A stretch of 64,000 bases of DNA from a virus (Duplodnaviria > Heunggongvirae > Uroviricota > Caudoviricetes), in the IMG/VR virus record IMGVR_UViG_3300021400_000932, one strand, 5' to 3'. The notes under the pieces are model-generated. The model did no database searches. It was not told the origin of the DNA and worked only from the letters and a program-made list of their open reading frames with translations. Shown one piece after another: positions 41,304 to 50,900 of the stretch. The first letter of the stretch is position 1. Each line of letters begins with the position of its first letter. Position numbers and translations under genes: made by a program.

Positions 41304-43625
41304 TTATCTTCTTATATATGGTCCGAACACCGATGGCATTCGGCTTTTTGGTGTTGATGGTCGTCCATTTACACTCGAAATTACACTTGCCATATTGTTG
41401 ATAGATGGCTTAATTTGGTCTTGATGTTGGATATGTGTCCAGCAAGCACCGCAAAGAGCATCAGAAAGGTCCTTTGAACCATTCTGTGGGTGGTCTATGC
41501 GATTATTCAATCTTTGTAATTTGACAAGTTCATCCTCTTGTTTTTGATTCTTAATGAGCTCCAATCTCTGGTCTTGCAATAAATTACGCAAACCAATGTA
41601 TGGGTCTTCCGATACATCGACAGAAATCTTTTCAACTGCAAATCCTTGCTGTGCTAAAGTTTCTCGCACGTAGGATGATTGAAATTGGTCCGTAGATATT
41701 ATGTTTACATTAAATCCGGTTCTACGAAGCCAAATCATAAAGTTGATTACTTTTTGGAATGACATCCTATCACCGGATGGAGCTTCAATACCAACCTGGA
41801 ATACCTGTCGATAGAATGGTAACATCACTCGTCGTTCGGTATCCAAATCAAGTACATTCTTCATACCATCTTGAACTACTCCGCTAATACCTATTCTATC
41901 GGATACCTCAGCAAAGTCTATGTGGATATTCATGGGTAATGATTTAATGTGCTTATCCACTACTTCAGGATGACAATGATTTTCGATAGTATCATTATCC
42001 CGTATGCCGATGACCAATATATCTTCAAAGAATGGATTTTTCCTTGCTGAAGTAACATTGGGTGTGATTGAATCCTGTGTAATGAATCCCATAGCACCGG
42101 TCACAGATATGCCAGCTATATCTCTTAGAGCTATATCATAATCGGCAAGGAAGTTAGTTTTGAAATCTTTGGGAACTGCAAGAACTCGATACCCAGATTT
42201 TCGGTATGCTTCCAAATGCTGTTCATCCTCATTTTCTTTCGGTATGACAAAACCTCGTTTATATCTGTCACCGACAGTAATATAGAACTTTTCCGGACTG
42301 AACATCTCTTTCGGAAGAACTTCCCACTGTGGTTTATCTACAAGATACATATTAGAGTTTCCGGCATTTAACTGAGTTTCAATATGTTCTGATAGATAAT
42401 CGGAATCTGTGTTCTTAGACGATGAAGAAATCAACTTACCATACACTTCACCACCAAGTTTGAATGTACCGGTGATACGAGCATGGACGGTGTTATACAG
42501 ATTTTTCATATGCTGTTTAGCTATATTGATATCCTTAACACCGGAACGACTGAAGTTGACCTCATCCATAAGACAGTTATGTGAAACCAAATTGGAATTA
42601 GCACAAAGTATGAAATTATGATAAGGCTGTACATTTATCACATCATACACCGGAATGGGGATATCATAAATCTTCTTGGACATCGCCACTATGGTAGGAT
42701 TTGCACCGTTAACTGAAAGCAATTCGGCACCAATGGTTAAATTACCAATCGGTCTATACTCGCCATCCGATTTCAACATCAAGTGGTCCGAAGTGCCCTC
42801 TATAATTGAACCATCTGATAAATGTAATTTAATAGTGGATGTAACATATCGAGTACATCTAATTTCAGCCTCTGTAGGTATGCAATCTTCACCAGAATAC
42901 TGATAAATGGTAACTGTGTGATTGGAACAGTATTCCAATGTCTTTACTCCTTCAGAAGTAAGTATCTTTGTATCTCCCACAAGACAGGCCCAAACCTGCA
43001 TTCCGAGTACATGCGCTGAATCGGATGCCGGTATTATATCAATCTTTCCACCCTCTGGTAGATAGACATAATTGCTTGCACTGTTGCTAAATTTACCGTG
43101 GTCATTAAACCAGGGACTTTCCCTCAGAGTTGTTTGAAATTCTCGGAATGCAACACCAGCAGCCAAATCCTTTGTCAAATTCGCAAAGGCGATAGTAAAT
43201 TTGGATACCTCTTTCTTCTTAAAATAAGAATGCGGGTCCTTATATATCATCAGCCGGTACAGCATATATGCCACAATGGAAACCGCAGTAGATGACTTTC
43301 CTATACGAGTTGCACCCGACAATATTATTTCAAAAAACTTGTTTCCATTATTAAATATATCGCTGAGAGTGTGTTTCCAAAATGGATAAACAGACTCACC
43401 TTGATTGTTGGTATTTCCTAAATATCTCGGATTGCATAAAAATTCATCTATAGATACAGGAACTTCCTTGAAATCAGAAAGCCATAATTGTTCCAGTGTC
43501 TGAGAGTATCCCTTATCCACCATCTCTTGAAGAATAATTTTGAGGGTGTTCTGTTCCATCTTAGAACAACTTGCATACACAGTTTGTATCCGATGAAGCA
43601 CATCCTCATAATCAATCTCCTTCAT
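41304..43625 (-). CDS. terminase large subunit containing a mini-intein
   Basis: Walker A ILSGATRIGKSSTAVS. The intein runs CLVGDTKIL ... VSHN, followed by C+1 and LMDEVNF (Walker B region). A C-terminal nuclease region follows. Confidence 0.8.
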   Translation of the reverse strand: MKEIDYEDVLHRIQTVYASCSKMEQNTLKIILQEMVDKGYSQTLEQLWLSDFKEVPVSIDEFLCNPRYLGNTNNQGESVYPFWKHTLSDIFNNGNKFFEIILSGATRIGKSSTAVSIVAYMLYRLMIYKDPHSYFKKKEVSKFTIAFANLTKDLAAGVAFREFQTTLRESPWFNDHGKFSNSASNYVYLPEGGKIDIIPASDSAHVLGMQVWACLVGDTKILTSEGVKTLEYCSNHTVTIYQYSGEDCIPTEAEIRCTRYVTSTIKLHLSDGSIIEGTSDHLMLKSDGEYRPIGNLTIGAELLSVNGANPTIVAMSKKIYDIPIPVYDVINVQPYHNFILCANSNLVSHNCLMDEVNFSRSGVKDINIAKQHMKNLYNTVHARITGTFKLGGEVYGKLISSSSKNTDSDYLSEHIETQLNAGNSNMYLVDKPQWEVLPKEMFSPEKFYITVGDRYKRGFVIPKENEDEQHLEAYRKSGYRVLAVPKDFKTNFLADYDIALRDIAGISVTGAMGFITQDSITPNVTSARKNPFFEDILVIGIRDNDTIENHCHPEVVDKHIKSLPMNIHIDFAEVSDRIGISGVVQDGMKNVLDLDTERRVMLPFYRQVFQVGIEAPSGDRMSFQKVINFMIWLRRTGFNVNIISTDQFQSSYVRETLAQQGFAVEKISVDVSEDPYIGLRNLLQDQRLELIKNQKQEDELVKLQRLNNRIDHPQNGSKDLSDALCGACWTHIQHQDQIKPSINNMASVISSVNGRPSTPKSRMPSVFGPYIRR
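42576..42986 (-). other. mini-intein (137 aa, residues 214-350 of the terminase)
   Basis: Block A CLVGDTKIL, block B GTSDH (TxxH), terminal blocks VYDVINVQPYHNFILCANSNLVSHN followed by Cys+1; no homing-endonuclease domain. Confidence 0.8.
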
Positions 43626-44145
43626 TGGTTTCTTCTCTTTCTTTCAAGGTATCAATAATAAGTTGTGCGTTCTCGCGCAACTTCTTTCTCTCATTTTGGT
43701 CAAGCAGACTATTTCCAAAAGAATCTTCAACCGGTTGTTGCGGAATATATAGCGATATATCCGAATAAGGTTCAAGCAACTTTTGACTGTTCATCATTAT
43801 GCGTTGCAACTGTTCTTGTGCATTTATAAGAACCGTCCAGCTAGTGGTATCAGTTTCATCTAAGCTATCCATAAACCTATCCATAGACTCATAGGTTTTC
43901 TGTTCTATCTTATCCATATACTCAGTAAACTTAATGAGCCTGGATAGCTGGTGAAATATCCGCATAGAAAAAATATTCTGCATAGCGAAAGAGACAGAAG
44001 TAGCATTACTTCTGTCGCAATTTAACAATGCAGAACGCATAGCAGATACATCAGCCTGTTGTTGCATGTTTAAATCAGCGGCTGATTTTGTACCTGTGTC
44101 TAAAGTTGTAACATTAGAAATCTCGACGGTTTCGGGATTTTTCAT
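43612..44145 (-). CDS. hypothetical protein
   Basis: 177-aa ORF upstream of the terminase. Confidence 0.45.
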   Translation of the reverse strand: MKNPETVEISNVTTLDTGTKSAADLNMQQQADVSAMRSALLNCDRSNATSVSFAMQNIFSMRIFHQLSRLIKFTEYMDKIEQKTYESMDRFMDSLDETDTTSWTVLINAQEQLQRIMMNSQKLLEPYSDISLYIPQQPVEDSFGNSLLDQNERKKLRENAQLIIDTLKEREETNEGD

Positions 44146-44162
44146 AAAATTTCGCCTCGGTA

Positions 44163-44405
44163 TTAATCACATAAATCAAGAAGAATTACGCCGAGATTGG
44201 CAATGGATTCTTCTACTTTCGTGCTATCCGGATTCTCTATCGCACACTGGCTCAACAGACTAATAGCACTCTTGATATGTTCACAAGCCTCTGCCTTATT
44301 GTCTACAATAGCACCATCAGCAACAAGGCTCGATGCGGTAACCGCCTTATTAGATTTCTTTATTCTCATTTGGAAAAACCTCCTCAGTCTTTGGTAAGTT
44401 AGCAT
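44163..44405 (-). CDS. hypothetical protein
   Basis: 80-aa ORF. Confidence 0.35.
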   Translation of the reverse strand: MLTYQRLRRFFQMRIKKSNKAVTASSLVADGAIVDNKAEACEHIKSAISLLSQCAIENPDSTKVEESIANLGVILLDLCD

Positions 44406-44682
44406 ATACTGTAATATCGTCAGATTCTATACATGACTGAAATTGCTTTACAGCCTTATCCAAATCTTCATCATCTATATCGGAACGAGAGATGTCTCTG
44501 CATAGAAGATTAAAATACTTCTTTATATCCGATAGATTTGGAAATCTGTTGTGAACAGCAATTTCTAATTCAGCTATATGTTCAACAGTTTCATAAGGCC
44601 AAATATAGTTCCTAAGCTGACGATATAGCCTAATGTATGCATAGGACACATCATGCATATCAATTATTTGATTTTCTGCCAT
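44350..44682 (-). CDS. hypothetical protein
   Basis: 110-aa ORF. Confidence 0.4.
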   Translation of the reverse strand: MAENQIIDMHDVSYAYIRLYRQLRNYIWPYETVEHIAELEIAVHNRFPNLSDIKKYFNLLCRDISRSDIDDEDLDKAVKQFQSCIESDDITVYANLPKTEEVFPNENKEI

Positions 44683-44884
44683 TCAAAATCACCAAATTTC
44701 GACAAGTTTCATTTACAAGCGCACTAAGATTAACAACAGTTATGCGATTCGCACTCAACAAATGTGAGAACTCTCTACTTATGTTGCTATCTTGCACTTT
44801 ATATATGTAGGTTTGATAGAATTTCCAAAACTCCGTAGTATCGTGTTTCTCCGATTCAACTACAGCCTTAATTGTTTCTATCAT
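44660..44884 (-). CDS. hypothetical protein
   Basis: 74-aa ORF. Confidence 0.35.
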   Translation of the reverse strand: MIETIKAVVESEKHDTTEFWKFYQTYIYKVQDSNISREFSHLLSANRITVVNLSALVNETCRNLVILNGRKSNN

Positions 44885-45188
44885 TATAGACCGCCTTTAT
44901 CTTATCCACTAGTTCAGATAATCCATCGGGTATCTCAGATTTAGACTTCTTTATATAGACGTCATAGAAACACTGTAAAGCATCTATTGACTTCGATAAT
45001 TCATCTAATGTGGGAATCCGTATCATTTCGCCGCCGGAATACTTACACAGCTTTATCAAAGATTCATGTCCTACAATAGAAAACAATTCAGGCAACCAAC
45101 TGTATTCAGGAACATCATGAAGCGGTGGCATTAACCCCAGCAGATAATGAAAGTCTAATTCTTCAGTAACTGGGAGTTTCATCGTCAA
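44868..45188 (-). CDS. hypothetical protein
   Basis: 106-aa ORF. Confidence 0.4.
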   Translation of the reverse strand: MTMKLPVTEELDFHYLLGLMPPLHDVPEYSWLPELFSIVGHESLIKLCKYSGGEMIRIPTLDELSKSIDALQCFYDVYIKKSKSEIPDGLSELVDKIKAVYNDRNN

Positions 45189-45436
45189 TAGTCCAATTCC
45201 TCTTCTTTAATAACTTCTTCTGATACAGCTATGCCACCATTGGATTCATTTTTAACAATTCTATAGTACACTACTGGGTTATTGTTATATTCCCCGTATT
45301 CAATGCAATCATTAACATACTTCTCTGCATTGTAAACATTATCAGAGACATCGCTATCATATTCACCATCTGCATACTCAATATCAACATTATAAGAAAT
45401 TACATATGCCGATGCAATAATTCTTTTCACAACCAA
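45185..45436 (-). CDS. hypothetical acidic protein
   Basis: 83-aa ORF. Confidence 0.35.
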   Translation of the reverse strand: MVVKRIIASAYVISYNVDIEYADGEYDSDVSDNVYNAEKYVNDCIEYGEYNNNPVVYYRIVKNESNGGIAVSEEVIKEEELDY

Positions 45437-45455
45437 TACCCCCGCAAATTAAAAA

Positions 45456-46136
45456 TTACGTTAAAAATACAATAGCATTATCGGAACGTGCAAGTCGATT
45501 GAACTCCAAACCATACCCAAGAGTATTCAAGGTTTCAATCGCACTTGCCATTACCTTATTCAGATTGATAGAATCTTCATAATAGACCCAAAGTTCATCA
45601 TCTTTTACTGCGGTTCTACTAACGCCAGCGGTTTCTGCATTATCATTCAAAGCCGCCTTTACAGAATCGGCAATAGACTTCGTATCTTGTATTCCATTAT
45701 CCTCAATACCATTGTCTATGTCGGTAGCGGCTTCCATCTTTGTATCAACAGAACCGGTATCCGTAGGCGCACCCTCTGCAGTTTCAGACGGTTCGTCCTC
45801 AGACATATTTTTCTCAGCCTCTTTGAACTTACTGTGAAGATTGGATGGTTTAGCCGGTGGTGCAGAATGTTCTTTTGGCTCAGCACCAGTTTCCTCAGTT
45901 ACTTCCGATTCCTCGGTTTCCTCTACCTCTGGCTCAGCAGATTCAGTCTGCGCCTGACGCAACTTCTCTTGGTCTTCTTCATCCAAAAGATACTCTGCTT
46001 TCTGATAGGATTTATCTAAAGCAGTAGAAAGTTGCTGCATTAGATTCTGATTTATAGGATTACTTGCTGCGGCCCGAATTTCTGCCTTTCGGCTACTAAC
46101 AGCAAACAACTTTGATGAAAAAATAGGTTCTACCAT
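45456..46136 (-). CDS. hypothetical acidic Glu-rich protein (scaffold-like composition)
   Basis: 226 aa with long E/T/S acidic tract. Confidence 0.45.
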   Translation of the reverse strand: MVEPIFSSKLFAVSSRKAEIRAAASNPINQNLMQQLSTALDKSYQKAEYLLDEEDQEKLRQAQTESAEPEVEETEESEVTEETGAEPKEHSAPPAKPSNLHSKFKEAEKNMSEDEPSETAEGAPTDTGSVDTKMEAATDIDNGIEDNGIQDTKSIADSVKAALNDNAETAGVSRTAVKDDELWVYYEDSINLNKVMASAIETLNTLGYGLEFNRLARSDNAIVFLT

Positions 46137-46139
46137 AGC

Positions 46140-46571
46140 TTAACCCTCATCTTCCTCAGTCTTTGGTGGGTTACCCCTATCCGGCATATACACATAAGGA
46201 GTTTCCGGATTGTCGTCTTGGATTATATATGCGATATACACCGATTCAGAATAACCATTCTCCGGTATAGGTTCAAACACCAATTTATATATGTGCATAC
46301 CGGAAACTAAATCAAGTATGCCGGAATCAATTCTGACCCATGGATGTGGATAATCCTGCATTACAGTATCTGCACTAAATTCAACTTCTTCGTACTTCTG
46401 CTTAGAAACATCTATAATGGACTTTAAAGCCAAAGCACTTACATATGGCGGAAGATTTACCCACACACCGGATGACAAAGCATCTTTGTTAAATATCTTG
46501 GTGTTTATATTAATTTTATCATATTCACAAGCAATAAGCAAGCTATATGGAATCATTCTGCGTCTCTCCAA
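46140..46571 (-). CDS. hypothetical protein
   Basis: 143-aa ORF. Confidence 0.4.
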   Translation of the reverse strand: MERRRMIPYSLLIACEYDKININTKIFNKDALSSGVWVNLPPYVSALALKSIIDVSKQKYEEVEFSADTVMQDYPHPWVRIDSGILDLVSGMHIYKLVFEPIPENGYSESVYIAYIIQDDNPETPYVYMPDRGNPPKTEEDEG

Positions 46572-46849
46572 GAAATTATATGCGGAGCATTGTCAATGGC
46601 ATATGAAGAAGTTGACTTATATTCATATCCCTCTTCTTTCAGTTTCTTAACCATCTTATCGGAGAGCTGTGTTATGCACATAACTTCAGTTCTTCCTGCA
46701 TTAGCCGCATCATTTATCAATCTGGCAACCATCATTTCTTCAACTGTATCTACATAAACTCTGCTTTCTGCCGTAGTTCTCGATTCAACAGCCGAATGCA
46801 AAACAGTATCAAAAGCCACACAAATCACTCCATTTATAAAATCATACAT
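46553..46849 (-). CDS. hypothetical protein
   Basis: 98-aa ORF. Confidence 0.4.
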   Translation of the reverse strand: MYDFINGVICVAFDTVLHSAVESRTTAESRVYVDTVEEMMVARLINDAANAGRTEVMCITQLSDKMVKKLKEEGYEYKSTSSYAIDNAPHIISWRDAE

Positions 46850-46924
46850 AAATATAAAAGGTTATAATTTGTGTGGCTTTTGGTATTGATATTTTTAGTT
46901 GTAATTTTAATTGTTTTGATATGC

Positions 46925-47707
46925 TTATTCTGTATATTTACTTTCAAATAGAAACTTTGCTAATGTTGCATGCGTAGCTATTTTTGTTGCAGATAAATTA
47001 GATATACATTCGATTGCCGCTTGCTTGATATGTTCGGATTTTGTCATAGACACAATATATCTCATTACAAGGTCTATTGGAGTTTCAGACTTATCTGGGT
47101 AATGTCCGAGTGTCCACATCATATTTGATATCGAACCAGAGAATGACAGTATAGAAGATAAAGATTTGAAATACTCTTGTTGTTCGCTTGTGAGATTCAA
47201 TATAGTATTCGCATCTTTAAATGTTCTCGCACAACCCCACAACTTACTTCTTTTTGTGGCTAAATACCTATCAGGATTCAACTGTTCTGCATAAGACAGT
47301 ATATCAGAAACAATAGGAGTTGTGACAGTAGTAACCGAGCATCTACTTATGATGGTGTCAGGAATATTGAGAATGTTTCTACATGTTACAATGACATATG
47401 CTGTAGGTATTGGTTCTTCAAGGAATTTAAGCAATGTATAAGCTGCGGATGCTACACCCAAATCGAGATTTTCTATGCACAGCACCATAGGCGATTTTAA
47501 TGCTATGCAGGAATCAACAGATTGCCTAATGTCAGATACTTTCGGCTGAACAGAAATGAAATCCGAAACATTAAGCATCTTAGCATACTGTTTTGCTAAA
47601 TATGTCTTTCCGCATCCTTCCGGACCCTCAATGATAATGCTGTGTGTATTGTTGTTCGCAAATTGAGTCAATTCATCAACTGCGGATTTTTGATTCTTTA
47701 CTACCAT
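46925..47707 (-). CDS. AAA+ clamp-loader subunit (DNA pol III delta-prime/RFC-like)
   Basis: P-loop IIIEGPEGCGKTYLAKQY, Walker B CIENLDL, SRC-type motif TIISRCS. Confidence 0.6.
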   Translation of the reverse strand: MVVKNQKSAVDELTQFANNNTHSIIIEGPEGCGKTYLAKQYAKMLNVSDFISVQPKVSDIRQSVDSCIALKSPMVLCIENLDLGVASAAYTLLKFLEEPIPTAYVIVTCRNILNIPDTIISRCSVTTVTTPIVSDILSYAEQLNPDRYLATKRSKLWGCARTFKDANTILNLTSEQQEYFKSLSSILSFSGSISNMMWTLGHYPDKSETPIDLVMRYIVSMTKSEHIKQAAIECISNLSATKIATHATLAKFLFESKYTE

Positions 47708-48627
47708 ATGTCCATCTCCCCCACCGATGGGATATTGTTAAACTGCAGTAATCCGGCAAGATATGTCAAACAATTCTGAGGTTCGACAGAAAGCGACCGT
47801 ATCAATGAAAGCTGATTGTATGCTTGCATAAATAAATTATAAATATCCTGCCGTTTCCACAGATTGGCATATTCCGATAGATTAGATTCTACTCTTTTCC
47901 TATCGAATAACTTATCAAGTTCAACCGCAACAGATAAGAAATCATAGATTACTGAGTCATACGATTCTGTGTACTCAGAAATGCACTTATTGACATTTGC
48001 AAACTTTCTCGATGCTATGGCAATCTGCATCTCCTTGTTTCCGGAATCTTCAACATACCCGAACAATGTACAGATATCATCATCAGACATATCATCTATG
48101 ATTGCCGGATTGCAGGCAGACATGCCGACACAAATATTCCTCGCATGTCCATAGTTCCTGCAAATCTTTGTAGCAATAGACAGTAAATGATTACTACAGT
48201 TCGGAAACTCGGATTTAAGATATTTCATAATCATATTGGCCTGTATCGGTTCAATGAATGATGAATTATCCGGCAAATACTTTTCAATCTTGGAAAAATA
48301 CTTTGTTTCATACAAGCAAACAACCGTTCCGGATATTTTCAAATTGATTATTTCCTTTGCTAAGTCAGCAGAAATATTTGAACCGAAATCTTCATCATAT
48401 CGAACAACATACAGAGCCGAACCGAGAGGAATAAGTTGCTTTATCTTTGATGATGCGATAATTTCACTTACAGTATTACATTCTATTTTCTGTCCATAAT
48501 ACTTAGTGAGTTCATCAATGTATCTTGCCTTTATCCCATATTCGGAACCACCAAGCACATAAAAATTGCGAGGTGTATGATTTAGTATCTCCAACCCTAA
48601 CTGTTGTATTGATAACATTTTTGACAC
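47701..48627 (-). CDS. probable clamp-loader delta-like subunit
   Basis: 308-aa ORF between two clamp-loader AAA+ genes; assignment by position. Confidence 0.35.
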   Translation of the reverse strand: MSKMLSIQQLGLEILNHTPRNFYVLGGSEYGIKARYIDELTKYYGQKIECNTVSEIIASSKIKQLIPLGSALYVVRYDEDFGSNISADLAKEIINLKISGTVVCLYETKYFSKIEKYLPDNSSFIEPIQANMIMKYLKSEFPNCSNHLLSIATKICRNYGHARNICVGMSACNPAIIDDMSDDDICTLFGYVEDSGNKEMQIAIASRKFANVNKCISEYTESYDSVIYDFLSVAVELDKLFDRKRVESNLSEYANLWKRQDIYNLFMQAYNQLSLIRSLSVEPQNCLTYLAGLLQFNNIPSVGEMDIW

Positions 48628-48637
48628 CTCGCAATTC

Positions 48638-49198
48638 TCAAATTTGTTTCTTAAATTCAGAAATAGGCATAACTACCACTTTTTCATTATGGAAGTTGTA
48701 CCCAAGACACCCTGCACCCAATTCTTGATATCGCATAAAATCATCCGCCTTTAGAACAAGAGTGGACCGGTCTGTGTTGATGTACTCAACCGGAGAGTGG
48801 GAAACCTGAAACTCTCGCATCATACACCATGTACCAGGAATAGCCTGAGTTCCGTTATCTACGAATAGAACAGGAAATCTCCGCTGTGTCATGGCCTCTT
48901 CACAAATCTTACTCCACTGTGAATATAAAAATCTGATTTCCTTAATCGGCTTAGTGTGCGTTTTACACTCTCCGAGCCATTCTTCTGATTTAATATCCCC
49001 AGGGTGGCAGTCACGAGCTCCACTTGCTGAAACTCGTGTCCATCCAAGATATTTAGCGATTAGTTCTTCCTGCTTATTTGAATAGTCCTTTGTAGCCAAA
49101 TCACTCGTCCTCATTTGTATTTGTATAATATTCTCCGAACACCTCTGTTGCTTCCTTAACCTCGGTGCAGTCATCTTCTTCGGAGTTCTCAACCCCAT
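48638..49198 (-). CDS. Hjc-like Holliday junction resolvase (PD-(D/E)xK); start probably internal
   Basis: LGWTRVSASGARDCHPGDIKSEEWLGECKTHTK fits the archaeal Hjc core motif pattern; the listed N-terminus overlaps the recA-like gene. Confidence 0.45.
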   Translation of the reverse strand: MGLRTPKKMTAPRLRKQQRCSENIIQIQMRTSDLATKDYSNKQEELIAKYLGWTRVSASGARDCHPGDIKSEEWLGECKTHTKPIKEIRFLYSQWSKICEEAMTQRRFPVLFVDNGTQAIPGTWCMMREFQVSHSPVEYINTDRSTLVLKADDFMRYQELGAGCLGYNFHNEKVVVMPISEFKKQI

Positions 49199-50321
49199 TT
49201 ATGTCATCGGAGATATATTTCTTCAACTTTTCATAATATTCTGTATTCTCTTGAAGAAAAGCATATACCTTTGCCATTCCATTGATTTTGAGTTCGGCAC
49301 CAGTACCTGTAGTCAACACTTCTCCGGTATATGGGTCACAGATTGTAAACCATCCACCGCGTTTTCTAATTATACCCTTGCCGACAGCCAACTTAGCAAA
49401 ATCGAAATCCTCTCTTATACCAGAATCATACATTAAGAAATATGTTCCAACTCTGCGGTTGTTCGGTGCGGACTTCTGCTTCACTATCTTAGCATTGATA
49501 ATATATCCGGCAGGACTTTCTGCACTCTTCGGAAGTTCATTGCCGAGGAAGTCAACAGGATTTCCCAACTGGAACAGAATACGCAAAGAAGAATAGAACT
49601 GCGGAGCTTTACCACCAGGAACCTTTATCACATACGGATTATCCATATTATCTCTAATCTGGTTGATGAATAATAGAGTACATTCATATCTTGTAAGCAG
49701 AGGAACAACTTTACGGAAAAACACACAAAGCAAGCCAGCAAGTGCAGCCACAGTACTTTCTCCATAATGCTTATCAAGTTCACGCTTTGTTACAAGAGAT
49801 GGGATTGAATCTAATACTACTAACCCGACTTCTCCAGTACAGATTAGTTCTTGCATAGTTTCAAGAATTTCCTCAGCAGCCAAATTAGGTGGCGTCATAA
49901 TATTGATTTCATCCGGCTTGATGCCCAATGTTTTTGCCCAAGCACCATCAAATGAATTTTCGAGGTCAAGATACAGAACTTTCTTTATACCTCTATCCTC
50001 TAAATCCTCAAGAGCCCCTTGGTACTTCTTCTTGTCCTTGGCGGCTTTTGTCCTCAAATCTTGGAGCTGGGTTTCATATTCTTCCTTAAAAATCTTGTAG
50101 GCATTCTTACAGATATCAATAGCGGTTGTAGATTTACCGCCGGATGGTGCCCCATGAAATTCGGTAATCTTGTTACGCGGAATTCCGCCATAGGTACACC
50201 AGTTCATTAACGGGGATGAGAATGGGAGCTTGTTTCCCCTCGGAGCTGTTGCTCTGTCCATCAATTCAGGACAATCCCACTCTTTGGATTTTTGTTTGAT
50301 TATGTCTGCAAATGAAGCCAT
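49101..50321 (-). CDS. RecA-family recombinase (UvsX/RecA-like)
   Basis: GGIPRNKITEFHGAPSGGKSTTAI (Walker A); VLDSIPSL; LLFINQIRDNM (compare RecA LIFINQIRMKI). Confidence 0.75.
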   Translation of the reverse strand: MASFADIIKQKSKEWDCPELMDRATAPRGNKLPFSSPLMNWCTYGGIPRNKITEFHGAPSGGKSTTAIDICKNAYKIFKEEYETQLQDLRTKAAKDKKKYQGALEDLEDRGIKKVLYLDLENSFDGAWAKTLGIKPDEINIMTPPNLAAEEILETMQELICTGEVGLVVLDSIPSLVTKRELDKHYGESTVAALAGLLCVFFRKVVPLLTRYECTLLFINQIRDNMDNPYVIKVPGGKAPQFYSSLRILFQLGNPVDFLGNELPKSAESPAGYIINAKIVKQKSAPNNRRVGTYFLMYDSGIREDFDFAKLAVGKGIIRKRGGWFTICDPYTGEVLTTGTGAELKINGMAKVYAFLQENTEYYEKLKKYISDDINGVENSEEDDCTEVKEATEVFGEYYTNTNEDE

Positions 50322-50324
50322 ATG

Positions 50325-50897
50325 CTATATCCCCTCTTCTGAAAGTATTGATTTATCATAGTGCTTTGATGCCGAATATTCAGACCTCGGCTGAGATTGT
50401 GTATCAACCGGACCGATTGGAACGGATTGTTCCGCTTTACGCCGACCATCCCAAATCTTCTTAGATGCCATAATGAGTTCCCTTGTATAAGAAACTTCTT
50501 TCTCCACTCGTTCAATTAAAGTTTCATATACAAGTTCTAAAGCACGGTTTCCGATTGTTGCGACATCCGCCTCAGCATTCCGCTGAGTTACAGTAGATGC
50601 TTTTGACTGCTTTACCGCCTCAGTATGTTCTTTCTTGTTGTGAAGTTTAATCACCTCATAGTTCAACTTGATGTCGCTCAGCTTAGAAGCAACCTCAAAT
50701 AAATCCAGAGGCAGATTAGTTAGGACAGATTCGAGTTCTTGGTCAGAAATCGGTTGAGTTTTTGATTTCATGCGGGCAGATAATACCCGAACCTCATTAA
50801 AGTATTCAGCAAACAGTTCAGCATATTTTGAATTCACCCAACTGCAAGCATCATTTATATCTGCCGACACCGACATCTCAACTTCTTTTAGTTCCAT
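50325..50897 (-). CDS. hypothetical coiled-coil protein (possible recombination mediator)
   Basis: 190-aa ORF between recA-like and clamp-loader genes. Confidence 0.4.
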   Translation of the reverse strand: MELKEVEMSVSADINDACSWVNSKYAELFAEYFNEVRVLSARMKSKTQPISDQELESVLTNLPLDLFEVASKLSDIKLNYEVIKLHNKKEHTEAVKQSKASTVTQRNAEADVATIGNRALELVYETLIERVEKEVSYTRELIMASKKIWDGRRKAEQSVPIGPVDTQSQPRSEYSASKHYDKSILSEEGI

Positions 50898-50900
50898 ACA

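Noticed and set aside
48638-49198. Listed N-terminal 28 residues of the Hjc-like ORF overlapping the recA-like gene
   Set aside because: The extensive overlap is unlikely; the true start is probably the internal Met (MRTSDLATK, ~49114). The listed coordinates are kept but flagged.
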